DNA of 64,000 nt, from NCBI GenBank assembly GCA_965216755.1, contig CBDCGL010000011.1, positions 1,408,001 through 1,472,000 of the forward strand. Reading direction: 5' to 3'. This stretch comes from Alphaproteobacteria bacterium. GTDB taxonomy: Bacteria; Pseudomonadota; Alphaproteobacteria; UBA7887. The notes beneath the pieces are model-generated. The model made no database searches. It saw only the letters and a list, made by a program, of their open reading frames with translations, and was not told the DNA's origin. Made by a program: the position numbers and the translations under genes. Each line of letters opens with the position of its first letter. The first letter of the stretch is position 1. This document shows positions 31,048-40,395 of the stretch, piece by piece.

Positions 31048-31479
31048 CTATTTCTTGATTTCACCTGCCTCGTGCCGCTTGCGGTTTTCGTCACGCAGAT
31101 ACGCAATGATCTTCCAAATATCGTCACCTTCCATCGATCCACCAAAAGCCCCCATCTGGGTATTTGGAATCCCAGCGGCGATATTGTAAAAGACGCGTTC
31201 ATTGGAGCCACCGAACTTCCACTTGTCATCGGTCAGGTCCGGCCCCTTCGCGCCGCGACCACCGCCACCATGGCAGTAAACACAACGTGCCCCGAAGCGC
31301 TCTTTGCCGTGCGCGATCGCGTCGGTATCACCTTCAAATTCATTCACTACGTCGTCAACGACGTCATCCGCCGCCTGGGCGGATACCGGCCCAATCACGA
31401 CGAGAGTGAAAATCGCAAAGACTCCACCGATATAGCTCGAAATTGTGCGTTTCCTCGCCACGAAATCCGTCGTTTTCAT
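31048..31479 (-). CDS. periplasmic monohaem cytochrome c (XoxG/ExaB-type acceptor)
   Basis: Signal peptide, CVYCHG, GPDL, distal Met (TQMGAF); directly downstream of PQQ dehydrogenase and binding protein. Confidence 0.88.
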   Translation of the reverse strand: MKTTDFVARKRTISSYIGGVFAIFTLVVIGPVSAQAADDVVDDVVNEFEGDTDAIAHGKERFGARCVYCHGGGGRGAKGPDLTDDKWKFGGSNERVFYNIAAGIPNTQMGAFGGSMEGDDIWKIIAYLRDENRKRHEAGEIKK

Positions 31480-31517
31480 TGGTCTTTCTTTTACTCCAGA
31501 CTTTCTTTTACTTTGCG

Positions 31518-32360
31518 TCAGCTCTTATCTTGAAATGGAGGGTAGAACGGCATGCCGTAGCCCTCGACGATTTCCTCAATCCGGCCACTTTCCAGCATGC
31601 GCGCAATCGACTCATCGATAAACGCCTTCAAAGCGGTCTCCTTCGCGGGCACGGCCATGGCCAAATTCCACCGTAGACCGGGCAAAGGCGCGAAATCCTC
31701 AACCGTCCGAAACTGTGCATCAGGATGGTTCTTCAGCGCCTTCGCGATCGCCGCCGAATAAACCATCGCGGCGTCGACCTCGCCTTCCGCCATGCCGCGC
31801 ATGACACGGCGATTGCCGTTATACAACTCTCGATCGATCTCGTTATCGAACAGATACGCATCCATAGGTGTCGTCATCGCCACACCTACTTTGTGCTTGC
31901 CCCGAATCTCTTCAAGAGAGCGGGCATCACCGGCCGCACCTTGCACCACCAAAACATATCCCATCCCGAGATAAGGAGCTGAAAATACAAGGTTTTTCTC
32001 AGCAAGCTCGCGCACACCGTCGTCGTCGACGCCAATACCCATGAACAGATCACAGGAGCCTTTGGCAATTGAATTGCGGAGGGCTTTACCGAGGCCGCCA
32101 CGAGTGCCGGTATCCGTCCAGACATATTCGATGCCCATGCCCGCGTCCTTGGCGATTGCCTCGATGATCTCAATATCGAAACCGGGCGGAAACTCGCCCT
32201 GCGACGAATAAGGATAGATGTAGGGGTCGGCGCAAACCGTTAACAAGCCACGTCGTTTTGACTTCTCAAGGGCATCTTCCGCTAGTGCAGCGCCTGAAAC
32301 ACAAAACAGCGCCGCCGCGCCACATACCAAGCCAAGAGCGATTCCAAGGGCCCTGTTCAC
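31518..32360 (-). CDS. MxaJ/XoxJ-like periplasmic substrate-binding protein
   Basis: VCADP-x-x-x-PYS, PGFDIEI, C-D-L-F-M-G; position after PQQ dehydrogenase; GGAGG RBS before GTG. Confidence 0.85.
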   Translation of the reverse strand: MNRALGIALGLVCGAAALFCVSGAALAEDALEKSKRRGLLTVCADPYIYPYSSQGEFPPGFDIEIIEAIAKDAGMGIEYVWTDTGTRGGLGKALRNSIAKGSCDLFMGIGVDDDGVRELAEKNLVFSAPYLGMGYVLVVQGAAGDARSLEEIRGKHKVGVAMTTPMDAYLFDNEIDRELYNGNRRVMRGMAEGEVDAAMVYSAAIAKALKNHPDAQFRTVEDFAPLPGLRWNLAMAVPAKETALKAFIDESIARMLESGRIEEIVEGYGMPFYPPFQDKS

Positions 32361-32379
32361 CGAACATCCTCCAACTTAC

Positions 32380-32421
32380 AAAAAAGGGGAAGGCGGACCA
32401 TGCCGCCTCCCCCCGTTTTTT
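32380..32421 (-). terminator. intrinsic terminator / stabilising hairpin after the PQQ dehydrogenase gene
   Basis: Minus strand GGGGGAGGCGG-CATGGT-CCGCCTTCCCC-TTTTTT; also a T-run on the plus side. Confidence 0.8.
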
Positions 32422-32468
32422 GTCAACCGATCTCGTGGCCCTGGAACAGCCACGATACCGATTAAGGC

Positions 32469-34199
32469 CTATGGCAAACCAAAGGTGACGACAACGCCGC
32501 CCTTAGAGTGCTTCTTCAGCCATTCACCGTAGTAAAGCGGCCAAATGCCACCGCCACCGGCGCCAGCCACGAACGACACCATCTGTTCGCCGCCAGCGCT
32601 ATAAGAGGTTGGGTTGCCGTGGACGCCGGTACCGACGTTGAACTGCCAGAGTTCTTCACCGGTGTCATCGCGCACCGCGTGGACATAGCCTTCGGCATCA
32701 CCGTAGAAAACCACACCACCGGCCGTGGCGAGCGTGCCACTCACTGCGGGCGTGCTCATCGGACGGATCCAAGCCAAGCTGCCATCAGAGGCATTATGGG
32801 CACGGATGGCACCGTTGCCCTTGTTCCAGGTGATGACCTTAGCACCCAGATACCATTCGCCACGCTTCCACTCCATCTTCTTGGCCTGCAAGTCCATGGA
32901 GAAGTTGTAAGTCGGCACATAGACCATGCCTGTGCGCGGGCTGTACGCCATCGGATGCCACTCTTTACCACCGTCCAGCGAGGGCGCGATGTCCCGGGTT
33001 GGGGCATCGTAGCCGACATCCATTTCCGGCCAATTCATGATCGGGCGGCAATTGTCCTCAAAGCCTTTCGCCCAGTTGACGCGGCTGATCGGCACCACCC
33101 AATTGCACTCGAAGTTCTCACGGTTGATTGAATACAGATGACCATTGCGATCACCGTGCAACCAAACCTTCTGACCATCAACATCGGCCAGAATGACTTC
33201 GTTCACGCCGTCATAGTCATACGGGTCGTTTGGCGTGTATTGGAAGTGGCCTTTAATTGAACCGTCATCCGGATCCAGCACCAAGGTACTGTTCGAATAC
33301 AGGTTGTCGCCAAGACGAACGTGACGGTCAAAGTCCGGACCCGGATTGCCAACCGGCCAGTACAGCAGGTGCAGGTCCTTGTCGTACGAACCCGTGATCC
33401 ACGCCGAGCCGCCCCCATACTTCCAGGACTCGCCGGCCCACGTATCGTTGCCCGGCTCACCCGGCGCGGGGATCGTGTAGGTCTTCCAAACTTCGTCGCC
33501 GGTTTCCGCATCACGGGCGGTGATCCAGCCACGAACACCATATTCGGCACCGGCCGTGCCGACGATGATCTTGTCCTGAAGCGCCATCGGCATCACGGTG
33601 AAGGTCTCGGCATAAGTATAGTCGCCAACAGCGACGTCATATTCGACTTCGCCAGTGGCGTTGTTCAGCTTCACAAGATGTGCATCCAGCGATGCAAGAT
33701 AAACACTGTCCTTGTAAGGCGCGACGCCGCGGTTTACCACGTCACAGCACAATTCCGGATAGACGTCAGCCGGAAGTTCACGTTCATACTTCCAGTTCAC
33801 ATCACCGGTCGCGGTGTTCACCGACCAGACCTTGTTGTAAGACGACGTCACATAGCCGGTGCCGCCGACCACGACAACTTCACTATCCTGGCCATCAAGC
33901 GAGCCAAATGACAGAATCCATTTGGCTTGAAGATCACTAGCATTGTCTTGATTGATTTGCGTCTGTAGCGCGTAACGAGTCGATTGATAATCCTTGCCAT
34001 AGTGCATCCAATTCATTGGATCCACGTCAGCATTCATCAACATGTCGTCCGATACATAGTTCGGTTGCTGCGGAGCCGCCTCGAGAACGTCGACTCCCTG
34101 AGCCCATGCGGACACCGATCCAAGACTGACAGCGCCGGCTACCAACGCAGCAACGCCCAAAGCCGAACGGCTGCAGGTCGTAAGAGACCGGTCTTTCAT
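32469..34199 (-). CDS. PQQ-dependent dehydrogenase, methanol/ethanol family, with lanthanide-type motif
   Basis: Signal peptide, vicinal CCDVVNRG, GAEYGVRG, GNPGP, YDYDGVNE, DRNG, W-docking repeats. Confidence 0.92.
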   Translation of the reverse strand: MKDRSLTTCSRSALGVAALVAGAVSLGSVSAWAQGVDVLEAAPQQPNYVSDDMLMNADVDPMNWMHYGKDYQSTRYALQTQINQDNASDLQAKWILSFGSLDGQDSEVVVVGGTGYVTSSYNKVWSVNTATGDVNWKYERELPADVYPELCCDVVNRGVAPYKDSVYLASLDAHLVKLNNATGEVEYDVAVGDYTYAETFTVMPMALQDKIIVGTAGAEYGVRGWITARDAETGDEVWKTYTIPAPGEPGNDTWAGESWKYGGGSAWITGSYDKDLHLLYWPVGNPGPDFDRHVRLGDNLYSNSTLVLDPDDGSIKGHFQYTPNDPYDYDGVNEVILADVDGQKVWLHGDRNGHLYSINRENFECNWVVPISRVNWAKGFEDNCRPIMNWPEMDVGYDAPTRDIAPSLDGGKEWHPMAYSPRTGMVYVPTYNFSMDLQAKKMEWKRGEWYLGAKVITWNKGNGAIRAHNASDGSLAWIRPMSTPAVSGTLATAGGVVFYGDAEGYVHAVRDDTGEELWQFNVGTGVHGNPTSYSAGGEQMVSFVAGAGGGGIWPLYYGEWLKKHSKGGVVVTFGLP

Positions 34200-34677
34200 G
34201 ACACAGGTCCTCCCCAAATAGTGCACTTACTACTCACAATCTCGTGCCACAGGTCTTGCCATTTCACCACGCCGCCAGAACGGCCACAGTGTTATCGTCC
34301 GCGCAAGCCAACGGAAGCGAGTCCACGACGCATTCAAGACAATCCTAGTCTAGAATATCTGGTTCCTTGGATCGGACCCTGCGTTACGAGCGATGACAAC
34401 AACTCAGACGCGCGGCCAAGCATTTAGTCATGGCCGTCGCCATCCCTGTTTTTGAGCCACCTACGCACGTCGGAGACAGCTCTGATCATCGGCGCCCAAT
34501 GTAACGAAAGTCTGTATTAGTTCAACGCAAGATCGCGTCGAAACCGAAATTGGCTGAAATCAACCGACCACAAATCCGTACATTGGAAAAGGAACTCTAG
34601 ATCTGTCGCGGTCGGCGCGAGGTCTGCCCATGTCTTGGCCGAACAAAGACGAGCAAGGCTGTATTGCGGGCCGTATT

Positions 34678-36819
34678 TTATCCGGCGAATGCGGCCTGTC
34701 CCGACCGAGACCTCTCGCCACGCTTCCGATCAGCAACCAAGGGCGGACAGCGACTTGTGTCTAAATAGTCGACCTGGCAGTCCAAACATTGAAAGCACTC
34801 GTTCAAATTAATACGCCCGTTCGGGGCGATCGCCTGAACCGGACAGGATAGTTCGCAAATATGACACGCAGTCCCGCATTGAGGCCGCCGCCGAAGCCAG
34901 TCAAACACATGGAGCCGGCCGAAGACCGAAAGCGCCGCGCCCAGCGGGCAAATATATCGGCAGTAAAATCGTTCGAAAAAGAGCCCGACAAAGACAAGCA
35001 ATCCGGCATACACAACATACGGCCACGCGCGCACGAATTTGAGTGTGATCGCCGTCTTGAAGGGTTCAATTTCGGCCAGTGCCGTTGCCAGTTCGATCGA
35101 GAACGCCGCCGCGGCGAACAGCCCCGCCACGATCGCATACTTCACCATCCACATCCGCTCGTTGGCGGCAAATGATGGCGTGTATTGGGGCACCCCGGTC
35201 CAACGCGCCAACCGCGCGAGAAGTTCCTGCAACGCCCCAAACGGGCAAAGCCAGCCACAGAACACACCGCGCCCTAATAAAATAAGCGTAACAAGTGTGT
35301 AGCCGATGATAATAACCATGAGCGGCTCAAAAAGGAGAGCGGACCACCCTGCCCCTTTGAATAGTGCCAACACATATGCAAAGACATTGACCATCGCCAA
35401 CTGGGCGCCGGCGATCCATCCCAGCCACACCAACACGAAAAGCAAAAACGCGATTCGCACAATCGCGTGCAACTGTCGGTGACGTGATAATTGATTTTGG
35501 AACAAGAGGACGGCGGTCAATACGGATAGCAATGTGATCAAAATCAGAATTTCATAGTCTTGGGCCGCCCACACCTTTTGCCAGTCGCTTAGGGCGCTTT
35601 CTCGAAACAGCCCAAAGCCAACGAAGTTGGCCTCTTTCAGGCCCGCCTCCTCTAATGCCGTATCATCGCCAACAATATAACCCGCCGGCAGGCGATAAGA
35701 GGCATGGACGGATGGACGCTCTGATTGCGCGGCATTCGCGGCACCTGCCGACGCCGGCATCGGCGCATCCACAAGCAATTCGAAGCGCCACGGCTGCACC
35801 GGATCGAAACCGACATCGCGTGATAATCGCAGCAACGCCAATTCATTGAATTTCGGTCCGCCAGCAACGCGCAAGGCCGTCGGCGGCAGCGCCATGTCGG
35901 CGCGCAAAAGTATAACCCGGTCATCCTGGATGATGCGCACGCGATCAAAAACGCCGGTCGCTTTGTAATTGCTACCGCGCCAAGAATACCGGCCGCGTCC
36001 AGCCACCATCACCAAATGTTCGCCGAACTCCAGATTCGAGAGGTGATGATTGTGCCAGCGGCGCCCGAACAAATTGCGCCCGATACCGGCAGGCGTCGCG
36101 AGAGCAACCGCAACCTCGGATGCCGGACCGGTTCCGGCATCGCGATCCTCGCCATCCCATACCAAGAGCTGGACTGCTCCATTGTCCAGCAGAGTTTGCC
36201 AATCCGCGTCTTGAAAGAGTTCGAGATCAATGCTTAGCCCACCGGCGGCGCCGACGTCGTCTTTCAGCAAACCTTTGGCGCGCGCGACCTTGCGCGCAGA
36301 CAAGACGATAGCGCCGTGCATGAGGGTCGAGCTGATCGTTGCACCCGATACGCCATCGATCACACCGCGACCGCGCCGCCGCATGGGGCTATTGATGTCC
36401 AACCCTTCCAGACGCGACAAATAGCCTTGCATGGCAGCAACCGGAATAGTACCCGGGCCAAGCATCGGTTCGTATTGTTCCAGCAGAACGCTGCCGGCGA
36501 TGCGCCCCTCCGCATCCAAACCGACGATGATATCGAAGGGTTCGCCGGCATAGCCACGGCCATCGACAAGATCGTAAGTCGAGAATAGATAGCCAATCGG
36601 CGCGTCATCGCGGATGACCTGGGCGACGGCCGGATCGTCTTGCACGTCACCGATCCCATCATTCTCTGGGAACATCATCCGAGTCAGTCCCGGACTGATC
36701 CGGGACGGCAACGGGTCGTCCATGTCGGATCGCGCCGGCCCCAGAACGGCGAAAACCGCCATGGCCGCCGCCGTGATCAAAATCCGGGACCACAAACGCG
36801 GTCCGATAACCGACGACAT
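34678..36819 (-). CDS. NosR/NirI-like membrane protein with FMN-binding domain and 4Fe-4S ferredoxin domain
   Basis: Periplasmic DGVSGATISS flavinylation motif, TM bundle, CGWLCP, CRYICP, C-x3-C-x2-C-x3-CP, CFQCLDC. Confidence 0.88.
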   Translation of the reverse strand: MSSVIGPRLWSRILITAAAMAVFAVLGPARSDMDDPLPSRISPGLTRMMFPENDGIGDVQDDPAVAQVIRDDAPIGYLFSTYDLVDGRGYAGEPFDIIVGLDAEGRIAGSVLLEQYEPMLGPGTIPVAAMQGYLSRLEGLDINSPMRRRGRGVIDGVSGATISSTLMHGAIVLSARKVARAKGLLKDDVGAAGGLSIDLELFQDADWQTLLDNGAVQLLVWDGEDRDAGTGPASEVAVALATPAGIGRNLFGRRWHNHHLSNLEFGEHLVMVAGRGRYSWRGSNYKATGVFDRVRIIQDDRVILLRADMALPPTALRVAGGPKFNELALLRLSRDVGFDPVQPWRFELLVDAPMPASAGAANAAQSERPSVHASYRLPAGYIVGDDTALEEAGLKEANFVGFGLFRESALSDWQKVWAAQDYEILILITLLSVLTAVLLFQNQLSRHRQLHAIVRIAFLLFVLVWLGWIAGAQLAMVNVFAYVLALFKGAGWSALLFEPLMVIIIGYTLVTLILLGRGVFCGWLCPFGALQELLARLARWTGVPQYTPSFAANERMWMVKYAIVAGLFAAAAFSIELATALAEIEPFKTAITLKFVRAWPYVVYAGLLVFVGLFFERFYCRYICPLGAALSVFGRLHVFDWLRRRPQCGTACHICELSCPVQAIAPNGRINLNECFQCLDCQVDYLDTSRCPPLVADRKRGERSRSGQAAFAG

Positions 36820-36844
36820 GAAACGTCGACCCGAGCTGCGCGGG

Positions 36845-37645
36845 CTATCGTACGTTGACGAACGGCAGAGAAGCCGCGCCAAGCGTGTTGCCGGCAACAA
36901 ACATCGGCTGGTTTGGCGAAGTTGGCGATTGCGCCAAAGGTACACCGATTTCCCGAACGAGCTTTTCTAACATGGCCGCCGCGAAGTCTTCATAGTCTTC
37001 CGCGATCATCAGAAAAGCGCCCGTGCCACCGATCACGCTGTGCAGGTAGTAGCCGTCGACAAACGGCTCTTCATTGAGAATTGCCAAGCCGTTGACTGTA
37101 ACCCCGGCGGCAATAGCCTCATCCCGCATGCGCATCGGCTCGACGCCGGAATTCGCGCGGCCATCGCCTGATACATCGATGACTCTTCGCAGCCCCTCGA
37201 TGTCGTTGTCGTCGAGATGATCTAGTGCGGCACGCAAGGCCCCACCAATGGCCGTTTGGCCGCCGACGATGCGCCTTGGCGTCCGCTGCACCCGTTTGGC
37301 GAGCGCCGCGGCGGACTCCGCGTCGCGAATAATAGTCCAATCCACGGCCAGCGCCTGTTCGCCCTTGTCCGACCACTGAATAATGGAAACCGCGACGCCG
37401 CTGCCGCCGGCGGCATGGACAGCGTCGACCACATCCGGATGCCGCAGCGCTTCTGCAAGCCCCCGCATCTGTAGGGCATACTCATCCTCGCTGACGCTTG
37501 ATGAGACGTCGACAGCCAGCACGAGCTCCAAATCCACCCAGTCCTGCGCCAACGCTGCGGTCGGACCAGATATCCCCCACAGGCCAGCGACCAACACCGC
37601 AAACCCGCTATAGTGCGCCAAACTGCGCCCGATCGGCTTCATCAT
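36845..37645 (-). CDS. exported DUF1194 VWA-fold protein
   Basis: Signal peptide; LELVLAVDVSSS (MIDAS DxSxS), TAIG, RRVIDVSGDG, GVTVNGL. Confidence 0.85.
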   Translation of the reverse strand: MMKPIGRSLAHYSGFAVLVAGLWGISGPTAALAQDWVDLELVLAVDVSSSVSEDEYALQMRGLAEALRHPDVVDAVHAAGGSGVAVSIIQWSDKGEQALAVDWTIIRDAESAAALAKRVQRTPRRIVGGQTAIGGALRAALDHLDDNDIEGLRRVIDVSGDGRANSGVEPMRMRDEAIAAGVTVNGLAILNEEPFVDGYYLHSVIGGTGAFLMIAEDYEDFAAAMLEKLVREIGVPLAQSPTSPNQPMFVAGNTLGAASLPFVNVR

Positions 37646-37681
37646 GGCGTTATCAATGGCACAAGTGCCGCAAAAGACCAA

Positions 37682-39520
37682 TCAATTGATTGCCATTTCA
37701 TCGGCTGCAATCACCGCCAGAGCCCAGGCCGCGGCGAACCGAACCGCTGGGTCGGCGTCATCCAAAGCACGTGTCAAGTCGGCGACGGCGGGTGCGGCAC
37801 GCGCCCTCATATCTCGTAACGCGCCGGCCGCCGCTCGTCTCACATTCCGGTCTGGATCCCGAAGCGCCCGCTTCATCACCGCGATGTCGAACTTCGCTTT
37901 GACACCAAACTTGTCCAGTACCGCACTGCGCATGCGTGGCTCGCTCCGGGGACGATCATCCAAGGCCGCGACTACCGCCGGAACACCGATCTCAGGATCC
38001 GCACCGAGATGCTCAAGCGCCCACGCCGCCGCCCATGCGACGTCCGGTTCCAGATCATCCAGCGCCGACAACAGGGTCGGCACCGCACCGGGATGGCCAA
38101 TGCGTTCCAGCGCCACGACCGTCGCCAGTCGCACGTCAAAATCCGGATCCGCGATCCGGCCAACCACGCGCGGTAACGCTTCGCCAGCCGGTGGCCCGAT
38201 CAGGCCCAGGGTACTGATCGCCGCGCGCCGCGTTTCAGGATCGGGATCGGCGACTGCGGAAGAAAGCGCACCAAGAGCTGCGGCGGCATCCTGACCGATT
38301 TCCTCGAGGGCACGCACCGACATCCGGCGCGCTTCCGCGTCAACACCGGCGATGACCTGCGCCAATTCAGCGACCGCGATCTTGCCATATTTGGCCAGGG
38401 CATCCGCCGCCGCCAAACGCACGGTACTCTCATTATCGACGAGGGCCTCCACGAGCCGGGGCATCACCAAATCGGCCGACCCGGCAATGTTCCCCAGCGC
38501 CACGGTCGCCAAGCGGCGCAAATCCTTGTTTGGATTGTCGGTTATGTCCAATAAAGGTAAGACCGCAGCACCGGCGGCCGGGCCAACCGCGCCCAGCGCA
38601 CGGACGGCGGCGACACGTACATCGTCATCCGGATCCAACAATGTCTCGATCAGAGCGGGGACGACTATTCTTTCGATCGCTGCCCGATGTGCGTTAGCCG
38701 CTGCGGAGCGTTGCGCCGCATCCTTGCCTTTCGGGAATTCCGGCGGTGCGCCGATAGCCTGGCCGACATCGTCCATCCAGGCACTCTGTTCGACGATACG
38801 CCCAAGGGCGCCCGCCGCGGCACGACGAACCCGGCGGTCCTTGTCCGCAAGCGCGGCAACAAGCGGTTCCAGTGCGGCACGGGCTTCGCCCCCAATCCCT
38901 GTCAGGGCGCGTGCCGCAGTGTACCGGGTTTGCGGGTCTGGATTCCGCAAAGCTTCAATAAGATACGGCACAGCCGGCGATCGCATATTGGCCAAGGCCC
39001 CGGCGGCCGCCGACCGAACGGATAGGTCGGGATCTGCCAACGCACCAACGAGGTGCGGGATCGATGCGAGCGCGCGCGTGCCGATAACGCTTAAAGCACC
39101 CGCCGCGGCTCGCCGAACTTGCGGTTCGGCATCGGACAGGGCATCGATCAACGCTGGGTTGGTGTGATTGAGCTGCGCGCCAATGCGCTCCAATGCGATG
39201 ATGGCCGCGACGCGGACGTCGATCGCGGGATCTCGCGTCAAAACCACCAGATCAGGCACCAGGTGACGGGCCTCACCGACATCTAGGGCCCCGATCGCGC
39301 GCGCGGCGATGGCGCGTCTGCCAGGGTCGGGCGCGGACAGCGCAGCTCGCAGATTGTCGGTTGGATTGACGGCCCCAGCCTCGATCGCGGCGGTACTCAG
39401 CCACAGAAACCAAATCAGAACCAGAATACCGTTCCGATGTGTCCGGCGGCTCACTTCGCGCCACGCGTCACAAAAAGAATCGCCACCGGTGGCCGCGCGC
39501 GGACTCGCTTTGTTCGGCAT
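37682..39520 (-). CDS. HEAT/PBS-lyase repeat protein with N-terminal hydrophobic (signal or TM) segment
   Basis: Roughly 14-15 tandem L-x-x-AL-x-D-x-D-x-x-VR-x-AAA-x-AL repeats; ILVLIWFLWLSTAAIEA segment. Confidence 0.85.
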   Translation of the reverse strand: MPNKASPRAATGGDSFCDAWREVSRRTHRNGILVLIWFLWLSTAAIEAGAVNPTDNLRAALSAPDPGRRAIAARAIGALDVGEARHLVPDLVVLTRDPAIDVRVAAIIALERIGAQLNHTNPALIDALSDAEPQVRRAAAGALSVIGTRALASIPHLVGALADPDLSVRSAAAGALANMRSPAVPYLIEALRNPDPQTRYTAARALTGIGGEARAALEPLVAALADKDRRVRRAAAGALGRIVEQSAWMDDVGQAIGAPPEFPKGKDAAQRSAAANAHRAAIERIVVPALIETLLDPDDDVRVAAVRALGAVGPAAGAAVLPLLDITDNPNKDLRRLATVALGNIAGSADLVMPRLVEALVDNESTVRLAAADALAKYGKIAVAELAQVIAGVDAEARRMSVRALEEIGQDAAAALGALSSAVADPDPETRRAAISTLGLIGPPAGEALPRVVGRIADPDFDVRLATVVALERIGHPGAVPTLLSALDDLEPDVAWAAAWALEHLGADPEIGVPAVVAALDDRPRSEPRMRSAVLDKFGVKAKFDIAVMKRALRDPDRNVRRAAAGALRDMRARAAPAVADLTRALDDADPAVRFAAAWALAVIAADEMAIN

Positions 39521-39621
39521 AAGGTCAATTATGCCGTAACTCTCCGTGACCTGTCAGTTGGCCTGTCTGGTAAAACCTGGTGCGACCGGCGAACCGCGCG
39601 CCGTCGGGGGCTATGGCGTGA

Positions 39622-40395
39622 CTAGGCCGGCAGGAACCATGAGGAACCGCGCGCCTTCTTTTTCCCTTTTCGATCGTCCGCCGCCTGGCCGGTCGCGCGC
39701 GCCTCGTCTTCTTCATTCATGGCGGCGAGACGTTGATTCATCGCGGCGAGCATTGCTTCGGCTTCTTTTTCCGGAGACTCCGCGTCATCATCGTCGTCGG
39801 CTTCAGACGGCGCGTCGAGCGCGTCAGAACCGGAAACTATCTCGGCGACCTCTGGATCGGTCGCAGATTCGTCCAAATCATGCTCGATCGCGGTTTCTTC
39901 CGCCACCAGTTCGGTCGTCGGGCTATCCGTGTCAGCAGCCTCGGCCTCCCCGGCGCTGGTCGTGCTACGCGCCTCGCTCTGCTCGATCGCGGCAGGTATG
40001 ATGCCAGAATTCGCCGACTCACCCGGCGACTCGGAGACCAAGGCGAATAGACGTTGCTCAATCGTGGTCTCGTTGCCGCCGCCCACTTCCGGTTCGCCGC
40101 GCTCGACGGTATTCAGCAAAGTACTCAGCATAGTCCGCAGGGTTTCATTTTCCTGCCGCAAGACCTCGTTGGTGTCGCGAAAATGCTCGTTTTCTTCGCG
40201 TATGGCCGACACTTGAGCCTCACGTTGCGCGACTTCGTCGCGCTTTTCTTGCTGACGTTTCTCGACAAGTTCGACCAGGTCCGCGAGACCTTTGCCGTAA
40301 TTCTTGCGCTGCTCGTCGATCTGCCCGAATCGTTGCTCGGCAGCCCGAACGCGCTTTTGCAGTTCGTCAATATCAGCGATGACGCGACCGTCCAT
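39622..40395 (-). CDS. hypothetical protein, N-terminal coiled coil and acidic disordered C-terminus
   Basis: Heptad-rich N-terminal half; D/E/A/S-rich C-terminal half; RBS-like GGGAG upstream. Confidence 0.6.
   Translation of the reverse strand: MDGRVIADIDELQKRVRAAEQRFGQIDEQRKNYGKGLADLVELVEKRQQEKRDEVAQREAQVSAIREENEHFRDTNEVLRQENETLRTMLSTLLNTVERGEPEVGGGNETTIEQRLFALVSESPGESANSGIIPAAIEQSEARSTTSAGEAEAADTDSPTTELVAEETAIEHDLDESATDPEVAEIVSGSDALDAPSEADDDDDAESPEKEAEAMLAAMNQRLAAMNEEDEARATGQAADDRKGKKKARGSSWFLPA

Noticed and set aside
34200-34677. Possible pqqA peptide, riboswitch or sigma-54 promoter upstream of the PQQ dehydrogenase
   Set aside because: No E-x-x-x-Y PqqA-like ORF seen; minus-strand TGGCACGAGATTGT has the wrong spacing and no -12 GC; no recognisable riboswitch
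34678-36819. Evidence of denitrification (nosR)
   Set aside because: No nosZ, nosDFYL or nirS in the window, so no gene symbol assigned
37682-39520. DNA tandem repeat or CRISPR-like periodicity
   Set aside because: Repeats are at protein level (HEAT) with diverged codons; no identical repeats with spacers
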